From a virus: DNA of 64,000 bases. The position numbers and the translations under genes were made by a program. Shown here piece after piece: positions 56,035 to 63,978 of this stretch; the stretch's first letter is position 1, and the number at the start of each line of letters is the position of its first letter. The notes beneath the pieces were generated by a model. It was given only the letters and a program-made list of their open reading frames with translations. It did no database searches and had not been told where the DNA came from. Location: the IMG/VR virus record IMGVR_UViG_3300045988_147882; one strand, 5' to 3'.

Positions 56035-57456
56035 ATGAGTGAGCAATTAGAATTATTTATTGGGCATCCCCCCGGTGATGAGCCGGGAAAGACTAAGATA
56101 GCGGATGCAACGGCTTCCAGCAGTTGGAACGTGAACTTCAACAACGGCAGCGTCTACACGAACTACCGCCAGGGCGCGGGCCGGGTTCGTCCCCTCGCCG
56201 CAACAGGTAATATAATCTATGACATACTTCTTAGCAGTATTTTCGAAGCATCCGAAGATTGTGCCAGACAGAAAAGAACGAGTACGGATTGTGTTGAGTT
56301 TTATAATGATTATCAGTCTGCATTGGTGCGGCTATGGTATTCTATTATTTACGGTGAATATGTACCGGACTTTTCAAAAGTATTCATACGGACTTACCCG
56401 GTATATCGGGAGGTTTTTGCCGCCGCTTTCATTGATCGTGTTGTCCATCACTGGATCGCTCTTCGTATCGAGCCGATTTTAGAGGAACGTTTTCGGGAAC
56501 AAGGGAACGTCTCGAAGAACTGCCGGAAAGGTGAGGGATGTCTGTCTGCCGTGCACTATCTGAATAACATGATAGTCGAGGTCAGTGAGAATTATACTGC
56601 CGATGCGTACATTTTCAAAGATGACCTGTTTAGTTTCTTCATGTCTATCTCGAAATCGTTGGTATGGGAAATGCTGAACATATTCGTAAGGGACAATTAT
56701 AAAGGCGATGATATTGAATGTCTGCTTTACCTTCTAGCCGTTACTATCTTTCATTGTCCACAAAATAAGTGTATCAGACGCTCTCCCGTCTCCATGTGGG
56801 ACAAACTTCCCAGTAATAAAAGTCTGTTTCATAATGACCCTGACAGGGGAGTGGCTATCGGGAACCTGCCGTCGCAACTCATAGCCAACTTTCTGGCGTC
56901 TGTATATGATTATTTCGTGATGGAAATACTGGGATTCATATATTATGTACGCTTTGTTGATGACTTTTGTATCGTAGTGAAATCACCGGAAGAAATATTG
57001 TCCAAAGTCCATCTTCTTGATGGTTTCCTGAAAGAACAACTCCTTTTACGGTTGCATCCACGCAAACTGTATCTTCAGCATTATAAAAAAGGAGTCTTGT
57101 TTGTAGGGGCGTTCATTTTGCCTGGTAGAATTTATGTATCTAACAGGGTGGTTGGTAACACATATAACGCTGTCAGGAAATTTAATAGAATAGCTGAAAA
57201 TGGATTTGCAGAAGCGTATGTTGAGAAGTTTGTGAGTACGATGAACTCTTATTATGGCCTGATGAAACACTTTGCAACGTACAATATCCGCCGTAAAATT
57301 GCAGCGATGTTGCTTCCTGAATGGTGGGAATATGTTTATATCGAAGGACATTTTGAAAAGTTTGTATTGAAGAATAAATATAACCATAGAAAACAACTAA
57401 TTAAACATATCAAAAAACATGGATCAAAAAAATATCTTACCGCGTGGGATTGCTAA
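56035..57456 (+). CDS. DGR reverse transcriptase (the ORF as drawn includes the TR in its 5' extension)
   Basis: FIDRVVHHWI, AIGNLPSQLIANF (the DGR-type I/LGxxxSQ motif) and YVRFVDDFCIV (the YxDD box). Confidence 0.85.
   Translation: MSEQLELFIGHPPGDEPGKTKIADATASSSWNVNFNNGSVYTNYRQGAGRVRPLAATGNIIYDILLSSIFEASEDCARQKRTSTDCVEFYNDYQSALVRLWYSIIYGEYVPDFSKVFIRTYPVYREVFAAAFIDRVVHHWIALRIEPILEERFREQGNVSKNCRKGEGCLSAVHYLNNMIVEVSENYTADAYIFKDDLFSFFMSISKSLVWEMLNIFVRDNYKGDDIECLLYLLAVTIFHCPQNKCIRRSPVSMWDKLPSNKSLFHNDPDRGVAIGNLPSQLIANFLASVYDYFVMEILGFIYYVRFVDDFCIVVKSPEEILSKVHLLDGFLKEQLLLRLHPRKLYLQHYKKGVLFVGAFILPGRIYVSNRVVGNTYNAVRKFNRIAENGFAEAYVEKFVSTMNSYYGLMKHFATYNIRRKIAAMLLPEWWEYVYIEGHFEKFVLKNKYNHRKQLIKHIKKHGSKKYLTAWDC
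56113..56203 (+). repeat. DGR template repeat (TR), 91 bp
   Basis: A GC-rich island in AT-rich context. Contains five AAC codons in the frame that corresponds to the VR. Confidence 0.85.
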
Positions 57457-57697
57457 GCCTATCGAGCAACAGCCGGACGGAACCTGGATTGTGCGTCATC
57501 ACTTCCGGGTGGTTGGTACCAATGAGAATGGTGAGGAACTAGTAACTTTTGCCAGTTCGGAATATCCCGAGAAACCTACCTTGCAACAGATTCAAAGAAG
57601 TATTGACCGCTATCGGGTGTGTCTAACAATGTATGGAGATACAATTTCAGACGAAATAGAAAAGGTTGATCTTTCCGTGTATATGTTTACGGATTAA
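57419..57697 (+). CDS. Hypothetical protein downstream of the RT
   Basis: 92-aa ORF overlapping the RT end by 38 nt. A strong terminator follows. Confidence 0.45.
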   Translation: MDQKNILPRGIAKPIEQQPDGTWIVRHHFRVVGTNENGEELVTFASSEYPEKPTLQQIQRSIDRYRVCLTMYGDTISDEIEKVDLSVYMFTD

Positions 57698-57721
57698 TAG
57701 TTCAATTTGTTGGTTGTTTTA

Positions 57722-57748
57722 GGGGTGCTTTTCAAGCATCCCTTTTTT
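57722..57748 (+). terminator. Rho-independent terminator ending the DGR operon
   Basis: GGGGTGCTT-ttc-AAGCATCCC followed by TTTTTT. Confidence 0.7.
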
Positions 57749-57895
57749 ATTTATGGAAAAAGTAAAAATTATAATGTCTTGTTTTATAGATATTTATCAT
57801 AGAATTGATTTCCAAGATTTTCCGTTTTTGTAAAACTCGTTATTATACTCAATACATTTGTTCCATACAGAATATTTTATTAATAATTAAACGCT

Positions 57896-58189
57896 ATGAG
57901 TATGGGTATAAAAGTATTGTATGATTGGATTTTGCAATCTAACCGACCGGCACACGCCAAAGCCGGGATGTTCGTCTTTGTTGTAATGCTTGTTTTCTGT
58001 TTCCTTCTATTAGGCATTGATTTCTGTAAATCTGCTATTGTTTCTTTAACGACAACCGCCATTGCCGCAATAGTGGTTGAGTACATTCAGAAAAAGTGCG
58101 GGTTCATCTTTGATTGGCTTGACGCATTAGCTACTGTTTTGCTTCCTGGGCTGATTACTGTGTTTTCAATATTGGTAGTAACTTTATGA
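57896..58189 (+). CDS. Membrane protein, holin-like
   Basis: 97 aa with three hydrophobic helices, at the head of the lysis cassette. Confidence 0.5.
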   Translation: MSMGIKVLYDWILQSNRPAHAKAGMFVFVVMLVFCFLLLGIDFCKSAIVSLTTTAIAAIVVEYIQKKCGFIFDWLDALATVLLPGLITVFSILVVTL

Positions 58190-58713
58190 TTAATATTATG
58201 AGATGGTTATATGAGCTATTTAATGTAGACCAGATACGAATTATTTTCGTTTCGATGTTCAGTTCTCTTCTTGCTTATTTAACGCCGACTAAAGGTTTTC
58301 TTATAGCATTAGTTATAATGTTTGGATTTAATATTTGGTGCGGAATGAGGGCTGATGGTGTTTCAATTATACGTTGTAAAAACTTTAAGTGGGATAAGTT
58401 TAAAAATGCCTTGGTTGAACTTCTTCTCTATCTTATAATCATTGAAGTAGTCTTCTCCTTTATGAGCTTGATAGGAGACGGTGAGAACTCATTGTTAGTT
58501 ATTAAGACTATTACGTATGTATTTTCTTATGTATATCTTCAGAACGCATTTAAGAATCTGATTATTGCTTATCCTAGAAACAAAGGGTTTCGTATAATTT
58601 ACCATGTAATACGTTTTGAATTTAAGCGGGCTACGCCTACACATGTACAAGGAATTATTGATAGAATCGAAAACGAACTAGATAAAGAGGAAAGATATGA
58701 AAATATTGATTGA
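58186..58713 (+). CDS. Membrane protein, holin-like
   Basis: 175 aa with several TM helices. Overlaps the amidase start. Confidence 0.5.
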   Translation: MINIMRWLYELFNVDQIRIIFVSMFSSLLAYLTPTKGFLIALVIMFGFNIWCGMRADGVSIIRCKNFKWDKFKNALVELLLYLIIIEVVFSFMSLIGDGENSLLVIKTITYVFSYVYLQNAFKNLIIAYPRNKGFRIIYHVIRFEFKRATPTHVQGIIDRIENELDKEERYENID

Positions 58714-59275
58714 TAACGGTCACGGTAGCAATACTCCGGGTAAGTGTTCTCCGGATGGCAGGTTAAGGGAATACTCTTATACCCGTGAAATTGCTGGGCG
58801 TGTAGTATTTGAATTGCGTAAATTAGGTATTGATGCGGAACTGGTCGTGAAAGAGGAAATAGATGTTCCTTTGTCAGAACGTTGTAGGCGAGTGAATGAA
58901 TATAAGACTTCTGAAGCAATTCTTATTTCTATCCATTGCAATGCAGCCGGTAATGGTTCAAATTGGATGCAAGCACGTGGTTGGGAAGCATGGACCAGTG
59001 TGGGACAGACAAAAGCCGATAAGCTGGCTGACTGTCTGTATGCTACTGCTGAAGAATATTTGTTTGGAATGAAAATACGGAAGGATATGGCAGACGGTGA
59101 TCCAGATAAGGAGAGTAGTTTTTATATCTTGAAGCATACGAAGTGTCCGGCTGTTCTGACGGAGAATCTGTTTCAGGATAACAAAGAAGATGTGGATTTC
59201 CTGCTGTCAGAGGAGGGGAAACGGACTATTGTCTCTCTTCATGTGAAAGGTATTTGTAAATATCTGAAAGTATGA
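58697..59275 (+). CDS. N-acetylmuramoyl-L-alanine amidase (endolysin)
   Basis: KILIDNGHGSNTPGK ... ISIHCNAAG ... and a C-terminal TENLF are typical of Amidase_3. Confidence 0.85.
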   Translation: MKILIDNGHGSNTPGKCSPDGRLREYSYTREIAGRVVFELRKLGIDAELVVKEEIDVPLSERCRRVNEYKTSEAILISIHCNAAGNGSNWMQARGWEAWTSVGQTKADKLADCLYATAEEYLFGMKIRKDMADGDPDKESSFYILKHTKCPAVLTENLFQDNKEDVDFLLSEEGKRTIVSLHVKGICKYLKV

Positions 59276-59790
59276 AAATGCTAATCTATATAACCATGTT
59301 CCTGATGTCAGGAATATGGTTTACTTCCTGCAAAACTTCTCATAGCATTGAGTCACAAAAGCAGATTGACTATTCAGGGGATTTTTTGTATTTGCGAAAC
59401 TTAATTGAATCATTACAGCTGGATGTGAATAAGCAAACGAAAGTTACTACTGACAAGTTGAGTGATCTGAAAATTGAGAATAAAACAGTTTACTTGTCGC
59501 TTCCGGATTCAACCGGAAAACAGTATCTAGTCAAAGAAAGTACTACCACCGCTTCCAAACAGGAGCAAGAACGGAGTGAAGTTGATGAAACATTATCCAT
59601 TACTTTGCAGCAGTTCTCGAATCGACTTGATACTATAAGTAACAAGGTGAATGCTTTACTAAATCAAAGAGAGAAGGTAGTCGAGTTATCTTGGTGGGAT
59701 TTACATAAAGATAAAGTTTATATAGGAGTAATTATTTTGATTATTATCTGTTGGCTAGCGTATGGATTAAGAAAGAAGCCATTTTGTTGA
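59272..59790 (+). CDS. Unimolecular spanin-like lipoprotein with C-terminal TM
   Basis: Signal plus lipobox-like FTSC at residues 17-20. C-terminal helix VYIGVIILIIICWLAYGL. Follows the endolysin. Confidence 0.5.
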   Translation: MKMLIYITMFLMSGIWFTSCKTSHSIESQKQIDYSGDFLYLRNLIESLQLDVNKQTKVTTDKLSDLKIENKTVYLSLPDSTGKQYLVKESTTTASKQEQERSEVDETLSITLQQFSNRLDTISNKVNALLNQREKVVELSWWDLHKDKVYIGVIILIIICWLAYGLRKKPFC

Positions 59791-59955
59791 GAATACAATT
59801 CTTGATTAAAAATATATGGTTAAAAATACAATATTTGAGAAATAATATATATATTTGCAACTGTATAAACAAGTGCCTTCGTGCCGGAATACAAAGAAAA
59901 TGTGTTCCGGCATATTTTTTGCTCGGAATGCTAATATTAATTAAAAAAAAATATT

Positions 59956-60159
59956 ATGAAAGAAGAAAAACTACAACCAGGCAAGGAGGTCAAGTTGACG
60001 TTGGAGAGCGGAAAAGAATTTGAAGGAAGAATAATAAGTAGAAGTGGTATTGGTGATGTCGATAATTATGTTCCTTCTTTGGAAGTTATTCAAATTGAAA
60101 ATGTTGAGGGGGTATTGGAAGCTTCACTCTCTCAAATTAAGGATGGTTCCGAAAGGTAA
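59956..60159 (+). CDS. Hypothetical small protein
   Basis: 67-aa ORF followed by a strong terminator. Confidence 0.45.
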   Translation: MKEEKLQPGKEVKLTLESGKEFEGRIISRSGIGDVDNYVPSLEVIQIENVEGVLEASLSQIKDGSER

Positions 60160-60172
60160 TAGAAAGAATTAA

Positions 60173-60198
60173 AGGCAGCTTACTAGGCTGCCTTTTTT
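60173..60198 (+). terminator. Rho-independent terminator
   Basis: AGGCAGC-ttactag-GCTGCCT followed by TTTTTT. Confidence 0.7.
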
Positions 60199-60493
60199 GT
60201 AATCCTTCCAATCAACAACACACGAATCAACAAACTCTCAAGAAGGGTTACATAAGATAGTACTAATATATAATTGAAAAGTTCGGTAAGGATATAAAAA
60301 AGTGAGCACTTTTCTTTTAAGTCAAGTATAGCTATAATTGGTGAGCACTTATATTATATTGTTTGCTGTGATAAATAGGAACAAACTTTAGTACCTTTGG
60401 AATCTATTATTTCTGGAAATATTTTTTATTTATCAAAATCATGATTATATTTGAATTGATAATATTGTTTTAAAACTTATTAGATTTTGATTT

Positions 60494-61606
60494 ATGATAA
60501 GAATGAAAAGAAATGTAAAAGGTTGGCTCGTTTGGGGAACTGTCATCCTCATATTAATTATAATAGTCATTTTAGCTTTCTATTTTATTCAGACCAAAGG
60601 TAAGTTTGCGGATAAACAGACCGACTGGGGTGAGTTTGGAAGTCTATTAGGAGCGATTGCAGGATTAATAGCATTCGTCGGAGTTTTATTTACATTAAGA
60701 CAGAATAAACAGCAATTCTTGAATAGCGAGGATAGAGCTGTCTTTTTTGAGTTGCTTAGGATTTTTATTTCATATCGGGATGCCTTGCAAGTGAAAAGAA
60801 TAGATTGGGTATATGATGAAAAACAATGTGAATGGAAAATAACTCCTTACAATGAGTTTTGTACACCAGAAAAAACTTATCGACAGATTTATGTAGAGTT
60901 ATACCATACTTTCTATTTGGAAATAAGAAGAGGTATTCCTGAAAATTTTTCCAAAGAGGAATTTGTAAGGAGGATTATTCCCCAAAATATGTCTAAAGAG
61001 CAATGGATGCTTATATATGGTCAATTGAAGGCTGCCATTAACAACATTTATTCAGAGCATGAATTTGGAATACATAAAGGAAAGATTAATATTTATCCTG
61101 TACATATAAACACTTATGATTACCTCTGTTTAAATGCGATTAAGATCTATTTTGAACAGAATAATTTCAAGCCCATAGCTGAAGCTTGTGCTAAAGCCGC
61201 TGATCATTGTTTTGCCCCATATAAAAATCAACTTGGCACATATTTTAGGAATGCTTATTATATTTTGGAAATGACTTCGGAATTCACTTCGCCCCTAAAA
61301 TATTCGAATATATTTCGAGCGCAACTGTCAAAGTATGAACTTGTGTTGTTGTTTTTTAACTCATTTAGTTCATTATCAACAATTGAGACACGAAGGTTAT
61401 ACTTGAATGCCGATTTGTTCAATAACCTTGAGTTGAAAGATGTGCGATTGAAAGAGGGGATAAATGATGAATCTGTATCCCGCCGAATGGAATATATACA
61501 TTTTCCACCAGTCTTGTTTCAAAAGGCAAACAAAAACGAATATATGTCTAGTGATTTGTTGGAAAAATTGTACAATGTGATTCTTCCAGAAAATAATATA
61601 CTATAG
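60494..61606 (+). CDS. Putative abortive-infection protein (putAbiC-like), prophage moron
   Basis: An N-terminal TM, then WGEFGSLLGAIAGLIAFVGVLFTLRQNKQQF, which resembles the two-helix signature of the putative phage Abi family as I remember it. Very AT-rich and insulated by terminators. Confidence 0.5.
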   Translation: MIRMKRNVKGWLVWGTVILILIIIVILAFYFIQTKGKFADKQTDWGEFGSLLGAIAGLIAFVGVLFTLRQNKQQFLNSEDRAVFFELLRIFISYRDALQVKRIDWVYDEKQCEWKITPYNEFCTPEKTYRQIYVELYHTFYLEIRRGIPENFSKEEFVRRIIPQNMSKEQWMLIYGQLKAAINNIYSEHEFGIHKGKINIYPVHINTYDYLCLNAIKIYFEQNNFKPIAEACAKAADHCFAPYKNQLGTYFRNAYYILEMTSEFTSPLKYSNIFRAQLSKYELVLLFFNSFSSLSTIETRRLYLNADLFNNLELKDVRLKEGINDESVSRRMEYIHFPPVLFQKANKNEYMSSDLLEKLYNVILPENNIL

Positions 61607-61620
61607 AATGTTCGGTAGAA

Positions 61621-61650
61621 ATAAAAAAGTGAGGGGAACCACCCCCTCAC
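61621..61650 (-). terminator. Terminator for the leftward xis-like operon (possibly bidirectional)
   Basis: GTGAGGGG..CCCCTCAC. On the minus strand it is followed by TTTTTTAT. Confidence 0.55.
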
Positions 61651-61778
61651 CAAAGTCAAACCAAAATAATCCGAATTATGTCCGTATTATCTTGATGTTG
61701 CAAAGATACAATTATTTTTCGATTAGACAATAAAAATCCCTGCATCGGCTCAATGCAGGGATGGTGTCAAATAAGAGC

Positions 61779-62228
61779 TTAACTGATTTTTAATGATGTC
61801 TGATGAATCATTTCGCTAACATCGTTCAAAGCGTTCAGGAACGTTTTGAGTTCATTGTCAGTAAAGCGAGCCTTTTTCCCGTTGACTATATTCCCGTTAA
61901 TACGCTGATATAGCCAGTTTCTACTTTTACCAAAATATTTCTTTGCAATATAACTGAATGAGATTGCTTCGGGCAATTCTCCAAGTTTATCACGTAATAT
62001 GGCTTCTTCCGCTCTTTCTATATAATCATTGCAGGCATTTACTGTTGCTTTTAGCCCAGCTTCAGATGCTTTTTTGTAGGCTTCCTTTTGGGCTTCCGGT
62101 AGTTTATTATATTTATCCTGCATTTCCTTTTTGAAAGCTTCTTTTTCTTCTGTGGTTTTTAGTTCTTTGAATCTTTCAAAGTCAGCCTGCATTTCTTTTG
62201 TTGGCAGGCAATCATTCCAATCTATCAT
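61779..62228 (-). CDS. Hypothetical protein with C-terminal HTH-like region (DUF5053-like; possible excision/regulatory factor)
   Basis: ISFSYIAKKYFGKSRNWLYQRINGN. Located next to the integrase. Confidence 0.4.
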   Translation of the reverse strand: MIDWNDCLPTKEMQADFERFKELKTTEEKEAFKKEMQDKYNKLPEAQKEAYKKASEAGLKATVNACNDYIERAEEAILRDKLGELPEAISFSYIAKKYFGKSRNWLYQRINGNIVNGKKARFTDNELKTFLNALNDVSEMIHQTSLKIS

Positions 62229-62243
62229 AGCTTTTAATGTTTG

Positions 62244-62263
62244 TCCCTCCCCGAAGGGAGGGA
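62244..62263 (-). other. Intercistronic GC-rich hairpin with a UUCG loop (minus-strand sense)
   Basis: TCCCTCCC-cgaa-GGGAGGGA on the + strand, so the loop is UUCG on the transcribed strand. It is 15 nt before ATG 62228. Confidence 0.4.
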
Positions 62264-62269
62264 TGTTAA

Positions 62270-62440
62270 TTACAACTTTTTTAATTTCTCTTGGATTTCG
62301 TTCATCCGATCGAGTATGTCATTTATAAGCGCTTCCCGTTCTTTGGCATTTTCAGGAACCCCATAGGCCTCGTGAAATGAAGCGAGAAGTTTTAAATTCT
62401 CATACTCTTGTTCTAATTCTTTTTTTTCTTCATCTTTCAT
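62270..62440 (-). CDS. Small hypothetical protein (56 aa, not in the ORF track)
   Basis: Translates as MKDEEKKELEQEYENLKLLASFHEAYGVPENAKEREALINDILDRMNEIQEKLKKL. Confidence 0.4.
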   Translation of the reverse strand: MKDEEKKELEQEYENLKLLASFHEAYGVPENAKEREALINDILDRMNEIQEKLKKL

Positions 62441-62537
62441 CAGTTAAACATTAAAATTAAGAACTCTTATTTGACACTACAAAGATAATAAGCATTTGGT
62501 TATTATGCAAATTCTTAGTGATTTATTTTATATGTGA

Positions 62538-63722
62538 TTATTCATTTTTCAAGTTGTCAAGTATTTCCCTGATTGCTTTATCAGCGTGTTTTCTCATTAT
62601 TGTGACATAGTTGAAGATTGGTCTATCTTCTTTCATTGATTGCCCGATACAGTATTCCAGTGTACTAAGAGGAATTCCCAGGTCATATCCATGTTGGACG
62701 AAAGATTTGCGGGCTGAATATAGGGTGAATTTATGCCTGATTCCTGCCACCTTGCCTAATTGACTGATTTTCCTGGCCAGCAGGTTATAGCAGGAGGTAT
62801 AGTTCTTGTATTTCCCGAATATGATTTTCCCTGTATTCTTTTTCATATACTTTTTTATAATGGGCTTTGCTTCTTCGGGAATGGAAAAGGAAATCAGGGA
62901 GTCCCCTTCTTTGGTGTTTTTGGTCTTTTTCCGGATGTAGTTTATTTCATCCGTCCGGAAATCGTATGCTAGTATGTCTACTAGGTTCATGCCGGCAAGA
63001 TAATAAGTAAGCATGAAAATGTCCCGTGTTACGTTGAGATTGTAATGCTCTAAATTTGCATCTCTGATTGTTTTGAGTTCTTCCACTGTAATTTGGGTTT
63101 CTCTCTTTTGGGTTGATGGAATCTTGGCTGTGATGAAAGGGTCGATATCGTAGGTAACGTATTTCATCTTTATGGCATAGTTGATAATAACCTTTAGCAG
63201 GGTTATGTAGATGTTGATTGTGGTGCTTGACAGCTTTGTCTTTTTGAGCCATGATATGTACTGGTTCATTCTGATAGGGGTAATATGTTCCATGAGAGAA
63301 CCGTTCCCGATGAATTGCATAAACTTGTTTGTGGCCAGCCGATAGAGTTTGTATGTCTTGGTACGTTCTTCTTCATCTATTTGGGACAGATATTCATCCA
63401 CGATATCCTCGAACTTACGATGCTTTTCTCCGTTTAACGGGTTAGTTATCATTTTGACTAATTGCGTGCACGTGAGCGAATCAGGGTAGTCCAGTTCCAT
63501 GTATCGCTTGAAATAAAGGTTGTATAGCTGTTGTAATTTTGTATTGAGAAAATCCTTGTCTGGACGGTGTACTATTTTACCGTTCTTAAACTCGTTTTCC
63601 CTTACCACTATATCCGTGGTGATGAATCTCGTTTCAGAGTTGTGTGCGACTCGAATTCTTATTTTGTGTGTCCCGTCTGATAACTTCTTTGCGGGAACTA
63701 TTACCAATGTTAATGTAGCCAT
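62538..63722 (-). CDS. int: Tyrosine recombinase / phage integrase (Bacteroides type with N-terminal arm-binding domain)
   Basis: C-terminal HKFTLYSARKSF ... LGIPLSTLEYCIGQS ... (R-H-R-Y region). N-terminal MATLTLVIVPAKK...IRIRV. The track start is 63761; ATG 63722 is preferred. Confidence 0.85.
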   Translation of the reverse strand: MATLTLVIVPAKKLSDGTHKIRIRVAHNSETRFITTDIVVRENEFKNGKIVHRPDKDFLNTKLQQLYNLYFKRYMELDYPDSLTCTQLVKMITNPLNGEKHRKFEDIVDEYLSQIDEEERTKTYKLYRLATNKFMQFIGNGSLMEHITPIRMNQYISWLKKTKLSSTTINIYITLLKVIINYAIKMKYVTYDIDPFITAKIPSTQKRETQITVEELKTIRDANLEHYNLNVTRDIFMLTYYLAGMNLVDILAYDFRTDEINYIRKKTKNTKEGDSLISFSIPEEAKPIIKKYMKKNTGKIIFGKYKNYTSCYNLLARKISQLGKVAGIRHKFTLYSARKSFVQHGYDLGIPLSTLEYCIGQSMKEDRPIFNYVTIMRKHADKAIREILDNLKNE

Positions 63723-63935
63723 AATTTGTGTTTTTAGGGTAAAAATGGCGTTTTCGACCATTATTTTTTTAACATCCTATTGTAATTTACTTATAATCAG
63801 ATTCTAATCCGGGAATTTTCCGACCATAATCCGACCATTTTATAGCGTCAAAAGTGACGTTTTTGCTCTCTATTATAGACTACTAATTGATAGGAAAAAT
63901 AGTTCGATTGTGCTTTTAATATGCTGTATATCAAT

Positions 63936-63978
63936 AAAATAAAAATCGGAAGCTCATGCTCGCTCGCAGGCTTCCGAT
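63936..63978 (-). terminator. Minus-strand terminator, probably of a flanking gene
   Basis: ATCGGAAGC..GCTTCCGAT (9-bp stem). On the minus strand it is followed by TTTTTATTTTATT. Confidence 0.5.

Larger units (their letters stand above)
1..63761. mobile_element. Temperate tailed phage / prophage (Bacteroidales-like), essentially complete: immunity, recombination, replication, DNA modification, packaging, head, tail, DGR, lysis, morons, integrase
   Basis: Co-linear phage modules listed below, with a tyrosine integrase at the right end. TAnnTTTG promoter boxes suggest the host. The left boundary lies outside the window. Confidence 0.8.

Noticed and set aside
59751-60023. 90-aa + strand ORF
   Set aside because: It overlaps the end of the spanin-like gene and an AT-rich intergenic region. 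Its sequence is low-complexity and basic. The downstream 59956..60159 ORF, which has its own terminator, is preferred.
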